The notes under the pieces are model-generated. The model made no database searches. It was given only the letters and a program-made list of their open reading frames with translations, and was not told where the DNA came from. Below, in pieces: positions 28,381-39,658 of a stretch of 64,000 nucleotides of DNA. Position numbers and translations under genes: made by a program. The stretch is from Vicugna vicugna. Taxonomy: Eukaryota. The stretch is from the NCBI GenBank assembly GCA_013265495.1, contig MU057576.1, positions 1-64,000 on the forward strand, read 5' to 3'. Within the stretch, counting starts at the first letter, position 1. Each line of letters starts with the position of its first letter.

Positions 28381-29459
28381 AACTTCCAGTTCTGCTACTA
28401 ACACGTCATTAATGTTATTAGTAACACAAGGCCCCAGAGTAAACCCCCAAAATATTAGCTGTTCTCATCATCATTATTATTAGGGATGCCGAGCCTCTGC
28501 ATTAAACTCCCATTGGGGGAAAAGGGCTGTATTGCAAAGCCAGACATGCCAAGGACCCCCTGAGAAAAATATTCTTTCTCAAAATTCAAACAACTTATTT
28601 GAATGTCCAACTTACACTGAGCCTCAACTTAGACAGAATAGGATAAGTTACACTGTTGTGAGAAACCTCAAAATCTCAGTGGTTTGACACTGCAGTGGTT
28701 TATTTCTTGCTCATGTTTCAGTCAGACTCAAATCACTTGGTATCTGTCCTTCAAATGGTAACTCAGAGACCTGGACAGTTTTCATCTTGAGATATATATT
28801 AAAGGACAAGGTTTAGAAGTAACTTAAACATGGTTCTCACCCACTGATCCTAATTCTAGGATAAGTCTTATCTCTCTTTCCAAGATAATTAATTATTCTT
28901 TATGTCCGTGACTCCATTTGTCATATAGAATGGATAACATTTCATCAGCCATCATGGTGGTTCTCATCTGAATGTCCTAGTTGGTTTATGTCCCTGCACC
29001 AAAACTGAGCCTAAGTGTAAATCTGACATGTATGAATTGAGTGGTACAATCACCTCCTTTATTCTAGATAGTATACTTCCATTAATGCAGCCTAAGTATT
29101 ATTTTCTTTTTGTTTGTGTGTGCTTTTTTTTTTTTTTGGAGGGAAAGGTAAGCAATACTGAACTAATCAACATCAACTAATACTGCCATAGATATATAAG
29201 AATTCAGTTCCTTCTTGTCAATGTTTATTCTCCTTTTGTTCTGAACAGGAATCTGCATTATGGAAAAAGTTCACAAGAAGAACATCAGTTGAAGAGATTT
29301 CCTTTCTCTCCTTTATCCAATATATCGCCTACCCATCCAATGCAGGTGGCTAGCCTTATCATCCAAGTTTTTAAAGGCAAATACTGAGAAAGGTAGATGT
29401 CAAGGCTTGACCAGCCCTGTTATTTCTTGGACTGAACCCTCGCATCCACCTTGTTGCAG

Positions 29460-29610
29460 GTACCACATCTGTGTGACCGTGCTGATCTACTTCCTCCCCC
29501 TGCTGGTGATAGGTTATGCATACACCGTAGTGGGAATCACGCTGTGGGCCAGCGAGATCCCTGGGGACTCCTCGGACCGTTACCAGGAGCAAGTCTCTGC
29601 CAAGCGCAAG
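29460..29610 (+). CDS. TACR1: Tachykinin receptor 1 (NK1R), exon 3 (TM5 and ICL3), 151 bp
   Basis: Translates [50 protein letters not shown], the NK1R TM5-ICL3 sequence; acceptor ttgttgcAG at 29458-29459 and donor GTgag at 29611. Confidence 0.98.
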
Positions 29611-29989
29611 GTGAGCAAAGGGCAGGCAGCACTTGACTCATTCTGGCACAGGTGACAAGCGGGCGAGCATATGAGCCCCAGAGCCTCAAGAGGCCCAGAG
29701 GCAGCAGGTACAAAACATCCCTGAATCCTCAGAACAGGAGAAGGGAGGAGAGATCAAGGGGAGGGGATGGGAGGGAACAGCTCTTTCTTGAGGGTCTTTG
29801 TAACCTAAGCCTGCCTGTACAGTCATGAGCCATCTCGCTCTCACCTTAAGTCTAATTGAAAACTGTCAAGTAGTAAAAACAGACACATATTTAACGACAA
29901 AAGCATTGAAGAGTTATTTAGTTCTCTTTTATTATTACAGTTTGACAAAATAATACATTCACTTTGTTCAAACATAAGAAAATACTAAA

Positions 29990-30395
29990 GGAAAGCAAAT
30001 TATGGAGATGAAGAACAGACCAGGAGTCGCCAGAGTTAGGACTGTGGGGGAAGAACCTGCCTATAAAGGGATAGCATGAGTGAGTTTCTTTGTGATGATG
30101 GAGCAGTTCTGTATCCTGATTGTGGTACTTCCCCCCCCCCACTTATCTCTGCATATGATAAAATTTCATAGAACTATTCACCAAAAAGTTGCATGTAAAA
30201 ACTGGCAAAATCCAAATAGTCTGCGGCTTAGTTAATAACACCGGACTATCACCAGTTTCCTGATTTTGATCACGTGGCATCATTCTGTAAGATGCTGCGA
30301 TTGGGAGAAGCTGTGTGATGGGTCCTGGGAACTCCCTGTACTATTTTTGCAACTTCTTGGGAGTCTTAAATTATTTGAAAATTTAAAGTCAAAAA
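29990..30395 (+). mobile_element. Old L1 3'UTR fragment
   Basis: tgtgatgatggagcagttctgtatcctgattgtggt and gggaactccctgtactatttttgcaacttctt. Confidence 0.65.
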
Positions 30396-30475
30396 ATATG
30401 TTGAGTCCATCTTTCCATGAAAAGTTGCCCTCCTTTCTAGTTCCTCCAAATACCCAGTTCCCAAATGTGCATGCT

Positions 30476-30479
<4 letters not shown>

Positions 30480-30514
<35 letters not shown>
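30480..30514. repeat. (CA)17 microsatellite in TACR1 intron 3
   Basis: Perfect CA run. Confidence 0.95.
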
Positions 30515-30516
<2 letters not shown>

Positions 30517-30748
30517 GTAACCATTACTGTTTGTTATTCATCCTTCCAGATATGTAATGAATTTATAAGCCAAATAGATTTTTTTCTTTTTTACACAAAT
30601 AGTAAATACACACTGTTCTTCCCCTCATTTTTAAATTTAACAATATCACAACCTCTTCAAAAATCAACATAGAAAGAGCTTTGTCATTTTTTTTCTCTTT
30701 TGGTATTTATTTGCATACTATTTCATTGTGTAGTTGCTAGATAGTTTT

Positions 30749-33700
30749 CATTTTTTATTGAAATACAGTTGACTTACAATATTATGTTAGTTTCAGGTAT
30801 ATTACATAATAATTTGACATTTACATACACTGTGAAATAATCACCATAAGAAGTCTAGTAGCCATCTATCCCCGTACAAAGTGATCAAAGTATTACTGAC
30901 CATATTCCTTATACTGCTTAATACATCCCCATGACTTATTTATTGTATAACTGGCAGTTTGTACCTCTTAATCTCCTTCACCTATTTCATTCACCCACCC
31001 ATCCCCCTCCTTTCTGGCAACCACCCTTTTGTTCTCTGTATTCCTAAGTCTGCTTGTGCTTTGTTTGTTTCCTTGTTTGTTTCGCCTTTCAGATTCCACA
31101 TATAAGTGAGATCATGTGGTATTTGACTTTCTCTTAGGATAATACCCTCCAGGTACATCCATGTTGTTCCAAATGACAAGATAGCATATTTTATGGCTGG
31201 ATAATATTCCATTTTATATGTATAACACATCTACTTTATCCATTCCTCTATCAGTGGACACTTAGGTTGTGTCCATATCTTGGCTATTGTAAATAATGCT
31301 GCTATAAACAATTGGGTGCATGCATCTTTTCAAATTAGGTTTTCATTTTCTTTGGATAAATACTGAGGAGTGAAATTGCTGGATCATATGGTAGCTCTAT
31401 TTTCAATTTGTTGAGGAATCTCCATACTGTTTTCCAGAGTGACTGCACCAATTTACGTTCCCAGCAACAGTTTACAAGGGTTCACTTTTTCCACATCCTC
31501 ACCAACTCTTGTTATTTGTTGTCTTGGTGATATTGCCATTCTGACAGGTGTGAGGTGATATCTTATTTTAGTTTTGATTTGTAGTTCCTTGTTAGTGATG
31601 CTGAGCATCTTTACCTGTGCCTTTTGGCCATCTGTATGTCTTCTTTGGAAAAACATCTATGCAGATGGCTGTCCATTTTTTAATGCATTTTTTTTTGATG
31701 TTGAGTTTTATGAATTCTTTGTATATTTTGGATATTAATCCCCTATTAAATATATTGTTTGCAAATATCTTCTCCCATTTAGTAGGCTGTCTTTTTGTTT
31801 TGTTTATGGTTTCCTTCACTGTGCCAAAGCTTTTCACTTTGATATAGTTCCATTTGTTTATTTCTACTTTTGTTTCCCTTGCCTGAAGAGACATATCCAA
31901 AAAAATTACTAAGACCAAAGTCAAAAAGAGTGCTTCCTATGTTTTCTTCTAGAAGTTTTATGGTTTCAGGTCTCCCATTTAAGTTTTTAATCCAGTTTGA
32001 GTTTATTTCTATATATGATGTGAGAATGTAATCCAGTTAGATTGTTTTGCATGTATCAGTCAACTTTTCTCAACATCATTTGTTGAAGAGGCTGTCTTTT
32101 CCCTGTTGTATATTCTTGATTCCTTTGTGAAAGATTAATTGTCCATATGTGTGTGGATTTGTTTGTGGGATCTCTATTCTGTTTTATTGAGCTCTATGTC
32201 TCTTTTGTGCCAGTACCATGCTGTTTTGATTACTGTAGTTTTTACTATGGTTTTTGAAATCAGGAAATCAGATAGCTTAATACCTCCAGCTTTGTTCTTC
32301 TTTCTCAAGGTTGTTATGGCTATTTATGGTCTTTTGTGTTTCCATACAAATTTTAGGATTATTTTTTCTAGTTCTGTGCAATTGCCTTTGGTATTTTGAT
32401 AGACTGCGTTGAATCTATAGATTGCCTTGGGCAGTGTAGTCATTTTAACAATGCCAGTGCTTCCAATCCATGAGCTTGCTGCATCTTGTTTGTGTTTGTG
32501 TCCTCTCCAATTTATTTTATCAATGTCTTATAGTTTCCCTTATAGTTACAAGTCTTTTACCTTCTTGGTTAGGTTCATTTCTAGGTATTTTATCCTTTTG
32601 GATCCAACTGTAAATGGGATTGTTTTCTTAATTTCTCCTTCTGATAGTTCATTGTTAGTACATAGAAATGTAACTGATTTCTGTATATTAATTTTATATC
32701 TTGCCACTTTACTGAACTCATTTATTGGTTCTAATTTTTTTGGTGGTGTCTTCAGGATATTCTATATATAGTATCATGTCATTTGCAAACAGGACAGTTT
32801 TACTTCTTCCTTTCTAATTCATATGCCTTTTATTCCTTTTTCTTGTCTGATTGCTTTGGCTAGGCCTTCCAATAATATGTTGAATAAAAGGGAGAGAATG
32901 GCAACCTTGTCTTGTTCCTGATCTTAGAAGAAATGTTTTCAGCTTTTCACCATTGAGTTATGATGTTAGCTGTGGGCTTGTCATATATGGCCTTTATATG
33001 TTGAAGTATGTTCCCTCTATACCCACTTTGGTGAATGTTCTTATCATAAAATGGGTATTGAATTTTGTCAAAAGTTTTTTTTTTCTGCATCTGTGAAGTT
33101 GATCATATGATTTTTTATTCTTCAATTTGTTAACATGATATTGACTGATTTACTGATATTGAGCCACCCCTGCATCCCAGGCATAAATTCCACTCAGACA
33201 TGGTGTCTGATCCTTTTAATATATTGTTGAATTTGGTTTGCTAATGTTTCATTGAGGATTTTTTGCATCTATGTTCATCAGTTATATTGGCCTCTAATTT
33301 TATTTTTTGCGGTGTCTTTAATTTGGGTATCAGAGTGATACTGGCTTCATTAAATGAGTTCAGAAGTGTTCCTTTCTCTTCAAATTTTTTGGAATAGTTT
33401 GAGAAGGGTAGGTGTTAACTACTCTTCTTTAAATGTTTTGTAGAATTTACCTATGAAGATGTCTGGTCCAGGACTTTTGTTTGTTGGGAGTTTTTGTTTT
33501 GTTTTGTTTTGTTTTTTATAACTGACTCAATTTTATTACTGATAATTAGTCTGTTTGCATTTTGCACTTCTTCACAATTCAGTCATGGGAGATTGTACTT
33601 TTCCAGGTATTGACCTATTTCTTCTAGGTTGTCCATTTTCTTGGCATTTAATTGTATTTAGTAATCTCTTATGATCCTTTGTATTTCTGTTGACGTTGAA

Positions 33701-36700
33701 TGTAAATTTTCTTTCATTTCTGATTTTACTTATTAGAGCTCGCTCTTTTTTTGTCTTGATGAGTCTGGCTAGAGATTTATTAATTTTGGTTATCTTTTTT
33801 AAAAACCAGATCTTAATTTCTTTCATCTTTTAAATTTTTTTAGCCTCTACTTCATTTATTTCTGCTCTGATCTTTATGATTACTTTCCTTCTACTAACTT
33901 TGAGTTTTGTTTGTTCTTCTTTCTCTAGTTCCTTCAGGTATAAGGTTAGGTTGTTTGAGATTTTTCTAGTTTCCTGAGGCAGGTTTGTATAAATCTAAAC
34001 ATCACTGTTAGAACTGCCTTTGCAGCATCCCATAAATTTTGGATCATTGTGTTTTTATTCTAATTTGTTTCCAGGGTTTTTTAAAATCTTCTCTTTAATT
34101 TCTTCAGTGATCCATTCGTTGTTTAGTAGCATATTGTTTAACCTTCATGTGTTTGTGTTTTTTGCAGTTTTTTTTTTCCCTTTGAATTTGTTTTCTAGTC
34201 TCATAGCTAGTGGTTGGGAAAAGACGTTAAATATGTTTTCAGTCTTTTAAACTTTACTGAATGTCTGGTATAAGTATTGCTACCCCAGCTTTATCTTCAT
34301 TTCCATTTGCATGGAATAAGTTTTTCCTTTACTTTGCTTTCAGTCTATGTATCTTTAAATCTGAAGTAAGTCTCTTGTAGCCACCATATAAATGGGTCTT
34401 ACTTTTGTATCCGTTCTTCCATTCTATGTCTATTTATTGAAGCACTTAGTCTATTAAAATTCGAAGTTATTATTGATAGGTATGTACTTATTGCCATTTT
34501 TAATGTTTTCTAGTTGTTTTTATAGTTTTGTTGTTGTTGTTCCTTTCTTCTGTTTTTGCTCTCTTCCCTTGTGAGTTAATGTTTGCCTTTAAAGTTATAT
34601 TTGGATTCCTTTCTCTTTTTTCATGTATATCGATTATAGATTTTTGGTTCATAGTTACCATGAGACTTATATATAGCAACCTATATATACATACATATGT
34701 GATTATTTTAAGTTGGTGACCATTTAAGTCTGAACGTATTCTAACTGTCCTTCACTTTTATTCTCCCTTCATTTTTAATGTTTTTGACATCATATTTTAT
34801 ATCTTTTCATTTTGTATATCCCTTAACTATTATTGTGGATATAGATGATTTTTCTATTTTTGTCTTTTAACCTCCCTACTAGCTTTATAAGTGGTTGACC
34901 TGCTACTTTTATTGCATGTTTGCCTTAACCGATGAGATTTTTTTCTCTCATGTTTTCCATATTTCTGGTTGTGGTCTTTTCTTTTCCACTTAGAGAAGTT
35001 CCTTTAACATTCTGTTAGGCCATTTTAGTGGTGTTGAATTCTTTTAGCTGTTGCTTGTCTTAAAATTTTTATCTCACCTTCAAATCCGAATGATAGCCTT
35101 ACCAAATAGAGTATTCTTGGCTGTCTGTTTTATTCTTTCATCACTTTGAATATACGGTGTCACTCCTTTCTGGCCTGCAAAGTTACTGCTGAAAAGTCAG
35201 CTGACAGTCTTATGGGAGTTCCTGTGTATGTAACTATTTGCTTTTCTCCTGCTGCTCTTAATATTCTCTCTGATTTTTAATATATGCCATTTTAGTATAA
35301 TGTGTCTTGATATAAACTACATTGGGTTCATCTTGATTGGGACTCTTTGTACTTCTTGGATCTGGATGTCTCTTTCCTTTCTCAGGTTAGAGAACATTTC
35401 TGCTATCATCCCTGCAGATAAATTATTTGCCCTTTCCCCTCTCTTCTCTCTCTGGGACTCCTATAAGGCAAATATTAATACATTTTTGATTGGTTGTCCC
35501 AGAGGTCTCTTGCTCATTTTTTATTTTTTTTTCTTTTTTCTTTAGCTTTGATGTCTTCCAGTTTGCTCATCCATTCCTCTGTATCATCTAATCTATTGTT
35601 GTTTCCTTCTAGTGTATTTTTTATTTCAGTTATTGTATTGTTCAGCTCTGTTTGGTCCTTCTTTATATTTTCTAACTCTTTGTTTAAATTCTCATTATGT
35701 TCATCCATTCTTCTCTTGAGTTCATTGACCACCTTTAAGCTCTTGAACTCTTTTTCGACTAGACTGTTTACCTCCACCTCATTTAGCTCTTTTTCTGAGG
35801 TTTTTGTCTTGTTCCCTGTTTAGAACACATTACTCTGTCTCCTCACATTGTGTATGCTTATTTCTCTCTACTTATTTATATGCATTAGGTAAGTTGTTTA
35901 CATGTGCTGATCTTGGAGAAGTGGCCTATGTTGGAGCTGCCCTATAGGGCCCAGTAGCACATTCCCCTCTAACCAGCAGAGCTATATACTCTAGGGGTGC
36001 CTCCTATGTGTGCTGTGTGGGTCCTTCTGTTGTGGTGGGGCTGACTACTGCGGTAGATGAGGTTAGCTCCAGCCCAGTTCACTCCCAAGCCCTGCCTTGT
36101 TTGGTGGCTGCTGGCCCACTGATTGGTGGAGTTGAGTCCCTGCCTATATAGTTGCAAGGTACAAGGGCCCTGAGGCTGGTGCCAACCCACTGATGCACAG
36201 GTCCAGGTCCTGGGGCAGCTGACTATGGGTCCATGGGGGGGTCTCAAGCTGGTGCCAGCCAGCTGCTGGGTGGGTAAACTCCCAGAGCTAATAGGCTAGA
36301 AGAAGGACTCTAAACTGGCATTTGCCAAAACCAGTGTCCTCATGGTAGAATGAGCTCCCCAAAAATGGCTGCCACCAGCGTCTATGTCCCCAGGGGTGGT
36401 CCCAGTTCCCTCCTGCCTCTCTGGGAGGTTCTTCAAGGTCAGCAGTGGGTCTGATCCAGGCTTCTTTAAATCATTGCCTCTGTGCTGGGACTTAGAGCAT
36501 GTGATACTTTTTTATGCACTCTTTTAAGAGCAGAATCTCCGTTTCCTACAGCCCTCTGGCTTTCCAGTATGCAAACCCTGCTGGACTTCAAAGCTAGAAA
36601 GTCTTAAGTTTTATCTTCCTAGTGCAGGACCTCCTAGCTGAGGAACCCAATGTGGGGCTCAGACCTCTTGCTCCTTGGAAAGGACCTCTGTAATTGTGAT

Positions 36701-36941
36701 TATCCTTCCATTTGTGGGTCACCTCTCCAGGGCTGTGGGTCTTCAATATTACTGCATCTCTGCCCCTCCCACCCATCTCATTATGGTTCCTTCTTTATAT
36801 CTTTAGTTGTGGAAAGTCTTTCTGCTAATCTTTAGGTCATTCTCATAGATAGTCGTTCTGTGAATAGTTGTAATTTTGGTGTGCTCTCGGGAGGAGGTGA
36901 GCTCAGAGTCTTCCTACTCCGCTATCTTGGCCAGACCTCTT
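30749..36941 (-). mobile_element. Near full-length decayed L1 (6.2 kb), antisense in TACR1 intron 3
   Basis: 3'UTR at 30750-31200, ORF2 remnants (ORF track 31592-31924, 33572-33826), ORF1 coiled coil (35514-35777), 5' end with YY1-like ccaagatagc at 36921-36930; TSD-like ctagatagtttt (30737) and ctaggcagtttt (36942). Confidence 0.93.
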
Positions 36942-37254
36942 CTAGGCAGTTTTTCTCTGAAGATTTCTTGGGGATAAAAAGGAATGGGTTACGTCACCTA
37001 TTACTCATAAAAACTTTTAATGATTATTCCCTTCAAGCATTTGACCCCCCTTGCTGCTGCTGTCCAAATCCCATCCCTTCTCTTCCCTCCCCTTGAATCT
37101 TCAAGCTTAGCAGCCTGCTCTGGCTCATTGCTCCTTTCCTTCTGCTATGTTCTCCCCCTTCCTGGGCCTCTTCCTCCTGAACACCCATTCCTCTTCATTC
37201 ATCAGTCTGGTCTCCCTTGGCTTTTCCAGTTATTGCCCAGAAGGATGATATAAT

Positions 37255-37368
37255 ATGGTGGTTCTCAAACATGAAGTCTGGGATGGGGTCCAAGAATTTG
37301 CCTTTCTGACAAGTTCTCAAGTGATGGTTATGTTGCTGGTCCTGGGGCCACCCTTTGAGAACCACTGA
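37255..37368. mobile_element. MER5-like MITE
   Basis: TIRs gtggttctcaaa ... tttgagaaccac. Confidence 0.65.
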
Positions 37369-37548
37369 CATAACCGAATTCCTTTGGTATGGCATATAAA
37401 TGGCCCTTCCTCCATGTTGAAAGATGTTATTATAAATAGTTTCCACTCTATATGACATGTGCACAGTAAGGAGGCAGAGAAAGAGAGAAAATAACCATGA
37501 GAAAAGGAGGGTGTGCTAGTGGTCTCACCTGTCTCACTCTCTTGCCAG

Positions 37549-37745
37549 GTGGTTAAGATGATGATTGTCGTTGTATGCACTTTTGCCATCTGCTGGCTGC
37601 CCTTCCACGTCTTCTTCCTCCTGCCCTACATCAAACCTGATCTCTACCTGGAGAAGTTTATTCAGCAAGTCTACCTGGCCATCATGTGGCTGGCCATGAG
37701 CTCTACCATGTACAACCCCATCATCTACTGCTGCCTCAATGACAG
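37549..37745 (+). CDS. TACR1: Tachykinin receptor 1, exon 4 (TM6-TM7), 197 bp
   Basis: [65 protein letters not shown] with the class A GPCR CWxP and NPxxY motifs; acceptor cttgccAG, donor GTaag at 37746; phase 0 junction joins exon 3 in frame. Confidence 0.98.
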
Positions 37746-39313
37746 GTAAGAATCCCATCCCCAGTTCTCTCTCCAAGGAAGAGAAGACCATTTGTCTATA
37801 TCACCCCCACCCCAAGCAGGTAAACCAAATGAGCAAAGCTGGCTGTGAGACAAGAGGGAATGGTAGAGACTGCAGAAAACTAAACTAATCATCACCTGTT
37901 CAGTCCCTGCTGATTATCACCATGCAGGAGCATGAGCCCCAAGGAGACTTTTTTTTTCTTTTCCAAAGGAAGCAAAATCTGTATTTTTGTGTGAAATCCT
38001 CTGGCTTTTAAACACTGGTTACTAAGTCAATGGTGGAAGGTAGGGGGCAGAGGCAAATGAAAAAAACCTCTGTGATTGATGCATAAAAAGCAGGTTGCAG
38101 GCTGGGTCAAGTTCATGAATTTTCTCAGCCTGCTCTATGGATTCCATGCACAGAAGGCTGCGCAAACAGACAGGGAGAGACAGAAAGTCAGAGAGAGATA
38201 GAGTCAGAGAGAGACAGAAAGAAAGAATACAAGAGAGAAAGAGAGAGAGCAAGTTTGATGTCATTAGAATATTATCCACCACAGGGCATCTTTTCCTTTC
38301 TCTGGTCTCTCACTGTCCTCTTCCCATCCCATCATGTAATCTGGGCACCTTTGTCCAGTTTATTCCATCATGTCCTGCAGGACAAGATAAGCAAAAGGAA
38401 GTCAGGGCCTCAAAGGTTTGATTCTGCCTTTACTTGGCCACAGGGGTCAGGAAAGCCTTCCCCAAAGTGGAAGCCAACCTCAGACAAGTGAAAAGGGAGA
38501 AGCCATGAGGAATAGTGGTCAGCAATAGGTAATTCACCACAGTGTGCCGAGTCCCCAAGAGGGAGCTGAGATTCCATGGTGGCAGCTCTGTCCTACATAG
38601 CACCACTCCAGCCTCTGTGTGAAAAGGAGGCAGAAGGCAGGGAGAGGGATAAAATGCTTGTCACATTTACAGCCAGCAGTCATCAGCCTATAAAGTGCCT
38701 TCTGTGAATGAGGCACTCAGGTGCTGTAAATCTGGGGACTGATATTCTCTGGGACTTGTCCAAATGGTCTTTGTTAGTCTCGCTCACAGATTCGTCTTTC
38801 TTCTAAGAACCTCACAACCTACCTAAACATTTCTGGGTTAAATCTCCCAGATGCCTTTAAGTAAAAGCTAAATCTCTGTTTAAAAAAACAAGGGAAGTGA
38901 GGCACACTGAAGGGACGTGATTGGCAGAAAGTCAGTGGGCCACTTGAAGAAAAGGACTGTCTTGACACAGCGTTGTGTGCACACTAAACACTTGGTGAAT
39001 GTTTTTACTGATGTTGAATTGACCCAAAATCAGCTGATCCCAAACCAGTGAAGGCAGCATATTTCAACCACTGCCCTCAGTATGGACATGCATTTCATGT
39101 GATCCTGGGTTCTAGTCCTGGAGTTGACCTTGATGACTGACCTTTAAATCTTGTTGCTCTTGGCACCTCCAGCTGTCAATTAATTTAAAAAATAATCACA
39201 CAGAGTCATGTTTGGCTATGACCATGTGTTACAGAGTTACTGCAGTGATGAGAAAGCCCTCCAAAAGTGGGCCATCCCCAAGGGTTACCTCTCCATCCTC
39301 TCTCTCTCCCCAG

Positions 39314-39605
39314 GTTCCGTCAGGGCTTCAAGCACGCCTTCCGATGCTGCCCTTTTATCAGTGCTGGTGACTATGAGGGGCTTGAAATGAAATCCACTCG
39401 GTACCTCCAGACCCAGGGCAGCGTGTACAAAGTCAGCCGCCTGGAGACCACTGTCTCCACCGTGGTGGGGGCCCATGAGGAAGAGCTGGAGGAAGGCCCC
39501 AAGGCCATGCCCTCATCCCTGGACCAGACCTCCAATGGCTCCTCTCGCAGCGACTCCAAGACCATGACAGAGAGCTTCAGCTTCTACTCCAACACGCTCT
39601 CCTAG
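39314..39605 (+). CDS. TACR1: Tachykinin receptor 1, exon 5 coding part (helix 8 and C-terminal tail), 292 bp to TAG
   Basis: Polypyrimidine tract plus cccAG acceptor; AG|G completes Arg; FRQGFKHAFRCCPFISAGDYEGLEMKSTRYLQTQGSVYKVSRLETT...SFSFYSNTLS* is the NK1R tail; TAG at 39603-39605. Confidence 0.98.
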
Positions 39606-39652
39606 ATCACAGGGCCATCAGTAGCTTGACCACCACTTCTTTGTCATGCATG

Positions 39653-39658
39653 AATAAA
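39653..39658 (+). terminator. Candidate proximal polyadenylation signal AATAAA
   Basis: Canonical hexamer starting 48 nt after the TACR1 stop codon. Confidence 0.35.

Noticed and set aside
35514..35777. Coiled-coil ORF on the minus strand
   Set aside because: Remnant of L1 ORF1p.
38137..38421. Arg/Glu-rich ORF in TACR1 intron 4
   Set aside because: Arises from a (GA)n-rich tract.
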